The translations under genes were made by a program, and so were the position numbers. A stretch of 64,000 nt of DNA from Candidatus Nealsonbacteria bacterium (GTDB lineage: Bacteria > Patescibacteriota > Minisyncoccia > Minisyncoccales > JANBVM01). This document shows positions 32,549 through 41,112 of the stretch, one piece after another. Every line of letters starts with the position of its first letter. The stretch's first letter is position 1. The notes beneath the pieces are model-generated. The model ran no database searches, was not told where the DNA came from, and was given only the letters and a program-made list of their open reading frames with translations. Location: the NCBI GenBank assembly GCA_047456315.1, contig CP179889.1, forward strand, positions 192,776 to 256,775, written 5' to 3'.

Positions 32549-33190
32549 ATGGATAAAAAACGTTTAATTCAGGCAACCAATGAGCTTTATAGATTGACTT
32601 TACTTTTCCCTAAAAAAGAACCATTAAGGTTTCAGATGAGAGAACTGGCCGATGAGATTTTGGCTTACTTTGTTGTTTGTCTTGGTTCTGATTCCAGCTC
32701 TGAAGATCCAGGAACTGTTAGGAGCCGTTCTAATCAGATTACTGCCTTGGACAGTTTTTTTGAAGTTGCCAGAGCCCAGAACTGGGTTAAGAATGATGAT
32801 ATTTTAAAGCTCCAAGAAGAGTATAGAAAAATCATACAAGACCTAAAAGAACCAGAAAAGCAAGAAGAAAAAGAACAAGAAAAAAAAGAGGATAAAAAAA
32901 TAGTATCATCTTCTGTCCAGCTTACCCAGGGACTTGATAGCCCGCTACTGCCCGAAAAACCAATTCTAGAACAGAGTAAAGCAGAAGTTACTGATAGACA
33001 GAAAAGAATCTTAGATATTTTAAAGCAAAAAGAGGGTGCCCAGGTCTGGGAAGTAAAAGATGTTCTTCCAGATGTGAGCAAAAGAACTTTACGCCGAGAT
33101 TTCAGAAAATTATTAAAAGATGGCTTAGTAGAGAGAAAAGGGGAGAGAAATACCACGTTTTATAAACTCAAGATTGATAGGACAATATAG
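32549..33190 (+). CDS. Four-helix-bundle (23S rRNA IVS-protein-like) N-domain + Lys/Glu linker + DeoR-type winged-HTH regulator
   Basis: I place the start at M45 of the track ORF (32417), because the upstream part spans a terminator and a promoter. LYRLTLLFPKKEPLRFQMRELADEIL resembles four-helix-bundle PF05635-type proteins. The C-terminal RQKRILDILKQKEGAQVWEVKDVLPDVSKRTLRRDFRKLLKDGLVERKG is a DeoR-like HTH. Confidence 0.45.
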   Translation: MDKKRLIQATNELYRLTLLFPKKEPLRFQMRELADEILAYFVVCLGSDSSSEDPGTVRSRSNQITALDSFFEVARAQNWVKNDDILKLQEEYRKIIQDLKEPEKQEEKEQEKKEDKKIVSSSVQLTQGLDSPLLPEKPILEQSKAEVTDRQKRILDILKQKEGAQVWEVKDVLPDVSKRTLRRDFRKLLKDGLVERKGERNTTFYKLKIDRTI

Positions 33191-33216
33191 GACACCACAT
33201 TATATAATATAATTAG

Positions 33217-33231
33217 TAGGACATTGTCCTA
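33217..33231. promoter_or_regulatory. Palindrome TAGGACA-T-TGTCCTA just upstream of the sigma-factor gene, with two direct TAGGACA copies at 33178 and 33188
   Basis: Read directly from the sequence. The half-site is identical to the arms of the 30866-30890 palindrome. Confidence 0.5.
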
Positions 33232-33250
33232 GATTATAAGCATAAACTAC

Positions 33251-33763
33251 ATGTCAGATCTTCGAAAAAAATACAGCCACATATACGATAGATATATTAA
33301 GAAAATATATAAGTTTGTATTTTTAAAGGTAAGTTCTCAGGAAATAGCTGAAGATTTAACTTCAGAAGCTTTTTCAAGAACCTGGGTTGTTTTTAAGAAA
33401 AAACAAGGAGAAATCAGAAATGTCCGAGCTTTTTTATATAAAACAGCAAATAATTTAGTTATTGATCACTATCGGCAAAAAGGCAGAGTTAGGATAGTAT
33501 CAGTAAATAATCCTTTTGTTCCTGCTATTGTTGACCATTCACAGGATTTAGAAAAACATGTCCTATTAAACTCAGACATGGAAAAGGTAAAACAAGCATT
33601 ATTTGTTTTAAAAGAGGATTATCAGAATGTTATTATCTGGCATTATTTAGATGAGTTATCCATCTCTGAAGTATCAGAGCTTTTAAACAGGTCAAAGCAG
33701 GCAACCAGAGTATTACTTCACAGGGCTTTAAAAGCATTAAAAGAAAGCATAGAACAAGTGTAA
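33251..33763 (+). CDS. ECF-type sigma-70 family RNA polymerase sigma factor
   Basis: 170 aa. Region 2 (AEDLTSEAFSRTW...FLYKTANNLVIDHYR) and region 4 HTH (LSISEVSELLNRSKQATRVLLHRALKALKE). Confidence 0.8.
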   Translation: MSDLRKKYSHIYDRYIKKIYKFVFLKVSSQEIAEDLTSEAFSRTWVVFKKKQGEIRNVRAFLYKTANNLVIDHYRQKGRVRIVSVNNPFVPAIVDHSQDLEKHVLLNSDMEKVKQALFVLKEDYQNVIIWHYLDELSISEVSELLNRSKQATRVLLHRALKALKESIEQV

Positions 33764-33823
33764 TAAAACCTTGGCTCTTACGTCATAGTATTATAGTGGA
33801 TATATTCTGTTTTACTTATATTA

Positions 33824-34528
33824 TTGACTTTTATGAACGATATTCAATTGATCAGAAATCTAAAGAAATTAAACCAAATACAACCTAGAAAAGAATTCGT
33901 AATATCAGCCAAAAAGGAAATTTTAGGAGAAGACCTAGGATTTGGTTTATTCCCAAGTTTGAAACCAGTTTATGCTGGCCTGTTTTGCATTGTTTTAATA
34001 TTTGGTTTATTTCAGTTTTCCCAGAATGCTTTGCCTGGTGAAATCTTGTTTTCCCTTAAAAAAATCACTGAAAAGGGCCAGACAATGTTTGCCTCAGAGC
34101 AAGACAAGCCAAGATTAAGCTTGTTTTTAGCGAATAAAAGATTAATGGAGTTAGAAATAATCACTGAAATGAATCAGGCCCAGAAGTTAGCTCCTGCTGT
34201 AAATGAATTTAAGATTAAAGCTGCTGAAGCTGCAAAAGATTTGGCAAGTGTAACTAAAGTTAGTAAAGAGATTGTTGCTCAATTTAAAGAATTAGAGGAC
34301 AATAAGGAGAAATTAGAGCAGGTTTTAGCAACTAAGATTGATACAGAAGAGCTTGATACTGCTTATAATGCTTTGGTCAGATTAGTAGTAGAAAGAGGAA
34401 TCAAGGATTTAGAACAAAAAACATTAAATGAAAACGATTTAAGTATTTTAGAACAGGCAAAAGAATTCTTTGAAAAAAAGGATTATTCAGAAGCACTGAT
34501 TAAGATTTTAGAACTAAACCATTATTAA
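33824..34528 (+). CDS. Single-pass membrane protein, anti-sigma-like (DUF5667-like helical ectodomain)
   Basis: It sits immediately downstream of the ECF sigma gene and has one TM helix (VYAGLFCIVLIFGLFQF) and a helical C-terminal domain. The track start is TTG and ATG 33833 (MNDIQLI) is more likely. Confidence 0.4.
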   Translation: MTFMNDIQLIRNLKKLNQIQPRKEFVISAKKEILGEDLGFGLFPSLKPVYAGLFCIVLIFGLFQFSQNALPGEILFSLKKITEKGQTMFASEQDKPRLSLFLANKRLMELEIITEMNQAQKLAPAVNEFKIKAAEAAKDLASVTKVSKEIVAQFKELEDNKEKLEQVLATKIDTEELDTAYNALVRLVVERGIKDLEQKTLNENDLSILEQAKEFFEKKDYSEALIKILELNHY

Positions 34529-34763
34529 TGGTTTTCCACAGTTTTCATTTTTGTTAATTGTGATAGTATTAAAAATCGAAAGTCGCGCTTCCCGTACCAA
34601 AAGCTTGTTGTAGGTGTTGTTCTCGTGGCTAATACGTAAGGTCGCGAGCTCCCTTTTCAAGCTCAAAAATATTAATAGGTCGTAATTTATTTGGGAGGGG
34701 CAGGTCGACGCGACAAGAAGTAAAAAACAATAATTAATTAAATACAAAACGAAAATTAAAAAA

Positions 34764-37700
34764 ATGATTAAAATTAAAAAGATCGTAGCGATTATTACCA
34801 CATTCACCTTTTTGTTTACAGCTGCTGGCCCTGCTATGGGTGCAACAATTGAAGAGCTTCAAGCTCAGATTGCTGATTTGTTAGCTCTGATATCTAGCTT
34901 GTCAAGCCAGTTAGCTGCACTGCAAGGTACTGGTACGACTATTTCAGGATGTACAATTAGTAGTTTTACCCGAAGTCTTAAAACAGGAATGTCGGGTGAT
35001 GATGTTAAATGTTTACAGATTGTCTTGAATACAGACAGCGCTACTCAAGTTGCATCTTCTGGAGTAGGTTCTCCTGGAAACGAGACCAGCTATTTTGGTT
35101 CTTTAACCACTGCAGCTGTGATTAAATTTCAGGAAAAATACGCCAGTGAAGTTCTTGCTACCTATGGTTTAACCAGTGGAACTGGTTATGTTGGTACAAC
35201 AACTAAAGCTAAGTTAAATACTCTTCTGGGTACAGGTGCAGGCACAGGAACTGGTGAAGTTGGAACAGCTGCTATTATTAGCCTAGCTGCCGATACACCA
35301 GCCGCTTTTCAAACAGCATTAAATGCTCAGGATGTAATTTTCACCAAAGTTAAATTTAGCGCTGGTGCCACTGCTTATACTGTTTCCAGTATTGTGATTG
35401 CTCGAGGCGGAGTTGCAGCTGATGCTGATATATCATCTATTAAATTATATGATGGTTCAACTCAGATAGGTTCAACTCAGGCTTTGAACACCACAACTCA
35501 CAAAGCAACATTTACTAACCTTAGCTGGAATATTCCAGCTTATTCAGTCAAATACTTGACTATTAAAGGAAGTATTGCTGCTTCAGGAACAGCCACTGTT
35601 GGAGATTCTATTAGATTGGGTATTTACGTTGCTTCAGACATTACCTCAACAATAACTCCTTCAGGAACTTTTCCAATTTGGGGGAATACTAGAACAATAG
35701 CTGGAATTTCTGTTGGAAACCTTGATGTTGATAACCAAACAGCACCAGCTGCTACAACTATTCTTTCTGGCGCAACTGATCAACAGATTGCTTGCTGGAA
35801 ATTTGCAGCTTCTTCAACAGAGGGCTTTAATGTTCATTTAATTAGAGTCACTCATGTTGGCACAGCTGCCAGGGTTGATTTAAGCAACTTGCTGCTTAAA
35901 GTTTCAGGTGCTCAAATTGGTTCAAGTATTGCACAATTAGATTTATCCAATGCAGTAACATTTGATTTATCCAGTTCTCCTTTAAGCATTAATGCTGGTT
36001 CAGCTAAGACTGTTTGCGCTTATGCTGACATTGGTGGAGGAATCTGGACCGAAAGAACAGTGAGGTTTGAGATTACTCAATACACTGACGTCGTGGCTTA
36101 TGGGGCTAATTCGGGTGGAGCAACCACTATTACTCACGAGACTGGTACTGCTTACGCAAAGGAGACTGGAGCACTAATGACCATTGGTCAGGGTGGTTTG
36201 ACAATTGCTTTGGATGCCGCTGAAAATCCATCATCTCAGAATTATGTTAAAGGAACTTCAAACAGACCTATTACTGCTATAAAGTTTTCTACAGGTTCAA
36301 GAGAGGGAGTAAGGTTAACCAAGATCAGGCTTACCTTAACTGGAAGCGTCACTGATATTTCTAATATCACTCTTTGGGACGGCACTACTCAGATTGCAGG
36401 TCCTGCCAGCGCCATTAGTTCTTACGTTACTTTTGGAGCTAATACTGTTGGTTGGGATGTAAGTGGTTTGTTTGACATAGAGGCCTCACAGAATAAAACG
36501 CTAGTAGTTAAGGCTGATATTCCGAGCGGAGCTACAGCTACCAATGAAATAAAATTGAGCATTGCTGCATCTAGTGATGTTTGGGCTGATGGTTTAAGTT
36601 CACAATATGACTTACCTACAACAGCTATTTCTGGTGAAGCTGCTGGAAATCTCCACACTGTCACAGCTAGCGGTAGTTTAGCAGTTTCTTTATCTGCTGA
36701 TACTCCTGCTGCTCAAACCATTGTGAAAGGTGCTGTTAACAAGGTGCTTGCCAAGATTAATTTGACTGCTGGTTCTGGAGAAGACATTCTTGTTTCCTCT
36801 ATTACAGTTAGATGTTATACAGTTGCTGGTACTGATACTCCTTGTACTAATGGTACTACTACTAATATCAAATTGCTGAAATCAGATGGAAGCCAATATG
36901 GTTCAACGGTTAGCAGTCCAACAGCTTCTGCTTCCTTTACTGGAAACTTAACTGTGGCTGCTGCTCAGACTGTAACCTTAAGTGTTGTAGCTGATATTCC
37001 TACAGGAAGTGGAGCTGCTTCTGTTCACTTTGATATACCAAATATATCAGGTGCATATGTTTATGATGAGCTTGCCTCAACAGGTATCTCTTCAGCAGCT
37101 GACATTGTAGAGACAGGTTCTGCTACTGGTAAGTTAATAACCCTTGGTGCAGGAACAGTAACTGTTACTGCTGCTGCTACTCCTGCTGACCAGACTCTTA
37201 TTGTTGGAGCTAGTCAGGTTGCTTTTGTTGACTTGGTATTATCAGCTGGAACAGCAGAAAATGTCAGAGTAACCAGAATAAAGCTAAATTCTGCTACTAC
37301 TAATGAGGGAACAACGACTGATGTGGCTCATATTGCTCTTTACGAGGGATCTACTAGATTGACTGTTCAGAAGAGTTTGACTGCATCAACAACTGCAAAT
37401 CACTATGTTGTATTCTCATCTTCTGACTTCTTGAACTCTTCAGGAATTACAATTACCAAAGGACAGCAAAAGAGAATTACAGTTAAAGCTGATGTTCCTT
37501 CTACTGCTTCCAGTACTAACAATATTGCTTTTGGTATTGCTCAAGCTGCTAATGTTACCTTTGTTGGTCTTTCTTCTAACACAACTCCAGATCCAACTAT
37601 CACACCAGCAACAACTAACTTAACTGGAGCTAACTATGTAGCTGCAGGTCATGCTGACCTTAATCTGGTTACTTTAGCCGAAAAGGGTATTTTGACCATA

Positions 37701-38849
37701 ACTACTAATGCAGATACTCCTATTGCCGCAATTCAGTCTGTAAGTTCAGCCCCAACCGTGATTACTGGAATTGCCTTCCATAAGTCCCAGTTTGCAGCTA
37801 CCCTTGAAGACATTGATATTAAATCAATCAGTGTCACAAGATCAGGTGGTAGTGATGTTGACTTTGCGTATATTACGCTTTGGGATGGAAGCACTCAGTT
37901 AGGTTCAGCTCAGACCTTGAGTAATGGTTCAAGTACTTTCAACTTTGCAACAGATGATTACTGGAGAATTCCAGCTGGTGGAGCTAGGTACTTAACCATA
38001 AAAGCTGACCTTAATGGAATTGAAGGTGTTGGCGTTTCTGGTGCAGGAACAGGTGATGCTCCAAAACTTGGTGTTGATACTACAGTGTCTGAAGGTGTAG
38101 CCTCTGGCGTAGCGCCAACTGGTGATGGAGAACAGGATAAGCTTGGTTACATTCAGTACTTGAGACAGTCACAGCCAACTATTGCTTTGGCTAGTCCAAC
38201 TTCTGAAACATACGGCGCTGGAACTCAAGAACTTATCAGATGGACTGTATCAGCTTCTCCTACTGGCGCTATTGGTTGGGAAAAGATTGTCTTTGATGTC
38301 TCAGGTTCAGTGATTATAACTTCTGCAGGTCCTTCTTATACCGTAGGTTGTGTAACAGGTAATACTACTTGTACTGCAAAGACAGATGGTATCTGGATGT
38401 CCACTGGTACTGACCCAGTAGTTCTTCAGTTAATAGCTACAACCTCAATGCAGGTCTGGGATGTTGATAGCAATACTCAGGTTGTTGCTACTACAACTGC
38501 TACTGCTTGGACAGTTGACCAAGACACTTCTGCTGGAACAGCCAGGGTTAGTTTTGTACCTTCTGCTGAACAACAGGTTGCTATTGGAGGCACCAAGACA
38601 TATAAACTGATTGGTACTGTTCTGCAGGGCTCAGGCCAGATTGGTAGTTCATTGATAACCAAGATTGCATCCAGGTCTAGTCCTAATCTTACTGATACCT
38701 ATGCAGCCGTTGCAGGTACCGCTGGTGTTACCTTTGTCTGGACAGATAGGTCTGGAGCTGGTGGTGCTCATTCTGCAGGCAGTGCTGACTGGACTCATGA
38801 CTTCAAAGTTTCTGGTATACCAACCGCTACAAAGACTCTTAGTAAGTAA
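34764..38849 (+). CDS. Giant (1361 aa) Thr/Ala/Gly-rich cell-surface protein: signal/TM, coiled coil, PG-binding domain, six ~150-180 aa repeats
   Basis: N-terminal IVAIITTFTFLFTAAGPAMGA, coiled coil IEELQAQIADLLALISSLSSQLAALQG, and a PG_binding_1-like segment (DDVKCLQIVLN...AAVIKFQEKY). Repeats each open with an (A/L)-x-A-D-T-P-A-A-like motif at nt ~35289, 35730, 36213, 36693, 37170 and 37707. Confidence 0.8.
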   Translation: MIKIKKIVAIITTFTFLFTAAGPAMGATIEELQAQIADLLALISSLSSQLAALQGTGTTISGCTISSFTRSLKTGMSGDDVKCLQIVLNTDSATQVASSGVGSPGNETSYFGSLTTAAVIKFQEKYASEVLATYGLTSGTGYVGTTTKAKLNTLLGTGAGTGTGEVGTAAIISLAADTPAAFQTALNAQDVIFTKVKFSAGATAYTVSSIVIARGGVAADADISSIKLYDGSTQIGSTQALNTTTHKATFTNLSWNIPAYSVKYLTIKGSIAASGTATVGDSIRLGIYVASDITSTITPSGTFPIWGNTRTIAGISVGNLDVDNQTAPAATTILSGATDQQIACWKFAASSTEGFNVHLIRVTHVGTAARVDLSNLLLKVSGAQIGSSIAQLDLSNAVTFDLSSSPLSINAGSAKTVCAYADIGGGIWTERTVRFEITQYTDVVAYGANSGGATTITHETGTAYAKETGALMTIGQGGLTIALDAAENPSSQNYVKGTSNRPITAIKFSTGSREGVRLTKIRLTLTGSVTDISNITLWDGTTQIAGPASAISSYVTFGANTVGWDVSGLFDIEASQNKTLVVKADIPSGATATNEIKLSIAASSDVWADGLSSQYDLPTTAISGEAAGNLHTVTASGSLAVSLSADTPAAQTIVKGAVNKVLAKINLTAGSGEDILVSSITVRCYTVAGTDTPCTNGTTTNIKLLKSDGSQYGSTVSSPTASASFTGNLTVAAAQTVTLSVVADIPTGSGAASVHFDIPNISGAYVYDELASTGISSAADIVETGSATGKLITLGAGTVTVTAAATPADQTLIVGASQVAFVDLVLSAGTAENVRVTRIKLNSATTNEGTTTDVAHIALYEGSTRLTVQKSLTASTTANHYVVFSSSDFLNSSGITITKGQQKRITVKADVPSTASSTNNIAFGIAQAANVTFVGLSSNTTPDPTITPATTNLTGANYVAAGHADLNLVTLAEKGILTITTNADTPIAAIQSVSSAPTVITGIAFHKSQFAATLEDIDIKSISVTRSGGSDVDFAYITLWDGSTQLGSAQTLSNGSSTFNFATDDYWRIPAGGARYLTIKADLNGIEGVGVSGAGTGDAPKLGVDTTVSEGVASGVAPTGDGEQDKLGYIQYLRQSQPTIALASPTSETYGAGTQELIRWTVSASPTGAIGWEKIVFDVSGSVIITSAGPSYTVGCVTGNTTCTAKTDGIWMSTGTDPVVLQLIATTSMQVWDVDSNTQVVATTTATAWTVDQDTSAGTARVSFVPSAEQQVAIGGTKTYKLIGTVLQGSGQIGSSLITKIASRSSPNLTDTYAAVAGTAGVTFVWTDRSGAGGAHSAGSADWTHDFKVSGIPTATKTLSK

Positions 38850-38888
38850 AGATTGAACTGAAATAAAATGCCTCTTCCTTGTAAGGCA

Positions 38889-38923
38889 ACCGAAAAACCG
38901 CTCCTTTTGGGGCGGTTTTCGGT
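38889..38923. terminator. Bidirectional intrinsic terminator between convergent genes
   Basis: ACCGAAAAACCGC ... GCGGTTTTCGGT, a ~11-12-bp stem with one bulged A. It lies between the giant gene (stop 38849) and the minus-strand GT gene (stop 38948). Confidence 0.65.
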
Positions 38924-38947
38924 TTAATATACAATTATCTAATCTTG

Positions 38948-40126
38948 TTAAAACAGTTTTTCTGTTTGCTTAACCATGTTAAATAAAGAAAATCTTTTCA
39001 GCTTTTCTCTTGCTTGTTCTTTAAATTGTTGGGTTAATTCAGGATTTTTAATTAGTTTAGATATATTTTCTGCTAATTCTTCAGCGTTTTTAGGTTCAAT
39101 TAAAATTCCCTGCTTGTTATTTTCAATTATCTCTTCTAAAGCACCTACTTTAGTTGATATGATGGGGATTTCAGCTGCCATTGCTTCTAAAATTATCCAG
39201 GGAAAACCTTCTTTTAAAGAAGGCAGAACAAAAACATCAAAAGCTTTTAAATATCTATATGCATTAGGAATTCTGCCTACAAGAAAAACCTTGTTTTTAA
39301 GTTCATGTTTTTCAATCAGTTTTTCTAGTTCTGGCCTTTGTTTGCCATCTCCAATGACAATACATTTTACATCCAGAAGCTCGTATTCAGCCTCTAGCAG
39401 CTTAATACCCTCAATTAAGTATTTTATACCCTTTGTTCTGTAAAAGTTGGCCACAGTTCCAATTATGTATTTAGCATCTTGTATTCTGTATTCAGGAAGC
39501 TTATTGAATAAGAATGTTTTTGCCTCTTGTTTTGGCAAGAATTCTAGTTTTTCAGGATTAATGCCATTATGAATCTTAACTATTTTTTCTGGTGAACAGA
39601 TCTTATTTTTTATTGCAGCTTGGTAATCATATTCAGAATTAACAATGATTTTGTTTTTAAATCCAGCTGTGAGTTTTTCTAAATAAAATATGATTTTGTT
39701 TTGCCAGAATGGTCTTGGATCGTGAAATGCCCATCCACCGATTCTATAAATAATTTTGAACTCTGAATCATGAATCTTAAATAATTTATATATTGAAGCA
39801 GTGATAGACCCCAATATGCCGGCAGTGGTTGAACAGAGAAAAAGAATTTTAGGCCTATCTTTTTTTAATAGACCAAGCATTTCTGATATTGAGAAAATTG
39901 CTTCTAATGGATTTGGATTTCGTTTTAAGTGTTTTAGCTGAAAAATTTTAACAGGCAAATTTTGAACTTTTTTAAATAGCTCTTTATCTCCATGACCAGC
40001 AGCTACTAGAATCTCATATTTTTCAGGATTTAAACAGGAAACCAGCTCAAAAATATATCTTTGAGCTCCTCCAAATTCAGATTGGGTAACAATAAATATG
40101 ATTTTAGTTTTATTGATGGAATCCAT
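38948..40126 (-). CDS. Glycosyltransferase family 4 (GT-B, RfaB-like)
   Basis: C-terminal VFVLPSLKEGFPWIILEAMAAEIPIISTKVGALEEII (E-x7-E region). Confidence 0.75.
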   Translation of the reverse strand: MDSINKTKIIFIVTQSEFGGAQRYIFELVSCLNPEKYEILVAAGHGDKELFKKVQNLPVKIFQLKHLKRNPNPLEAIFSISEMLGLLKKDRPKILFLCSTTAGILGSITASIYKLFKIHDSEFKIIYRIGGWAFHDPRPFWQNKIIFYLEKLTAGFKNKIIVNSEYDYQAAIKNKICSPEKIVKIHNGINPEKLEFLPKQEAKTFLFNKLPEYRIQDAKYIIGTVANFYRTKGIKYLIEGIKLLEAEYELLDVKCIVIGDGKQRPELEKLIEKHELKNKVFLVGRIPNAYRYLKAFDVFVLPSLKEGFPWIILEAMAAEIPIISTKVGALEEIIENNKQGILIEPKNAEELAENISKLIKNPELTQQFKEQAREKLKRFSLFNMVKQTEKLF

Positions 40127-40199
40127 TTGAACCTAAGACCTGTAATAAATTAAGCTTTTTAACGTCATAATTTATAGACGCTGAAAGTCATTTTTTTTA

Positions 40200-40227
40200 T
40201 TGACTTTTGACTTGCTTTCTCTATAAT
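40200..40227 (+). promoter_or_regulatory. Sigma-70-type promoter of the nucleotide-sugar operon
   Basis: TTGACT (40200-05), 16 nt, TATAAT (40222-27), 44 nt upstream of ATG 40272. Confidence 0.5.
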
Positions 40228-40271
40228 AATAGATTATTAAATTGAAATAATCAATTATATTTTATATAGAT

Positions 40272-41099
40272 ATGTTCAAAAAAGTTGCTATATGCGGAGT
40301 TGGTATGGTCGGTGGCGCTTTAAGGCGCTATTTTGAGGAAAATAGAGGCATAAAACCTCTTTTATATGATCCAGGCAAGAGTTTAGGTTCTCTTGAGGAA
40401 ATCAATAAAGCAGATGTTGTTTTTATCTGCGTTCCAACTCCTTTTGATAAGGAAAAATGTTATTTTGACCTGTCATACGTTGAAGAAGCTCTTTCTAATA
40501 TTAGGGGTGAAAAAGTTATTGTGATTAAATCCACGGTTTTGCCTGGTGCCACTGAGTCTTTACAAGAAAAATACCCTCAACACAAAATATTATTTAACCC
40601 AGAATTTTTAACAGAACTTACAGCTGACCAAGATATGTCTTATCCAGACAGGCAAATTATTGGTTATACAAAAAAATCATTTAATGTTGCAAAAGACGTT
40701 ATAAATCTTTTACCTTTAGCTCCTTTTGAAAGAATTTTACCAGCTACCGAAGCTGAGACAGTAAAATATTTTGGAAATACATGGTTTTCAACAAAAGTAG
40801 TTTTTGCAAACCAGATTTATGATCTTTGTCAGAAATTAGGAATTGATTATGATAGGGTTAAAGATGCAGCATCTGCTGATAAAAGAATTGACAGAACTCA
40901 CTTGACAGTTTGGCATAAAGGTAAACGCGGAGCCGCCGGGAAATGCTTACCAAAAGATATGAAGGCTTTTATTAAGTTTGCTGAGAAAAATGGTATTGAT
41001 TTAAAACTGCACAAAACAGTTGATGAAATTAACGAAAAGCTCTTAAAAGAACAAGGAATTACTGACCCTGAAAATTACAGTAAAAGAGACCCTTTTTAA
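40272..41099 (+). CDS. UDP-glucose/GDP-mannose dehydrogenase family protein, short form (no C-terminal UDP-binding domain)
   Basis: VAICGVGMVGG Rossmann motif, FICVPTP, IKSTVLPG, NPEFLTE, and the catalytic-Cys context GAAGKCLPKDMKAF. Only 275 aa. Confidence 0.55.
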   Translation: MFKKVAICGVGMVGGALRRYFEENRGIKPLLYDPGKSLGSLEEINKADVVFICVPTPFDKEKCYFDLSYVEEALSNIRGEKVIVIKSTVLPGATESLQEKYPQHKILFNPEFLTELTADQDMSYPDRQIIGYTKKSFNVAKDVINLLPLAPFERILPATEAETVKYFGNTWFSTKVVFANQIYDLCQKLGIDYDRVKDAASADKRIDRTHLTVWHKGKRGAAGKCLPKDMKAFIKFAEKNGIDLKLHKTVDEINEKLLKEQGITDPENYSKRDPF

Positions 41100-41112
41100 T
41101 ATTTTTAAAAAT

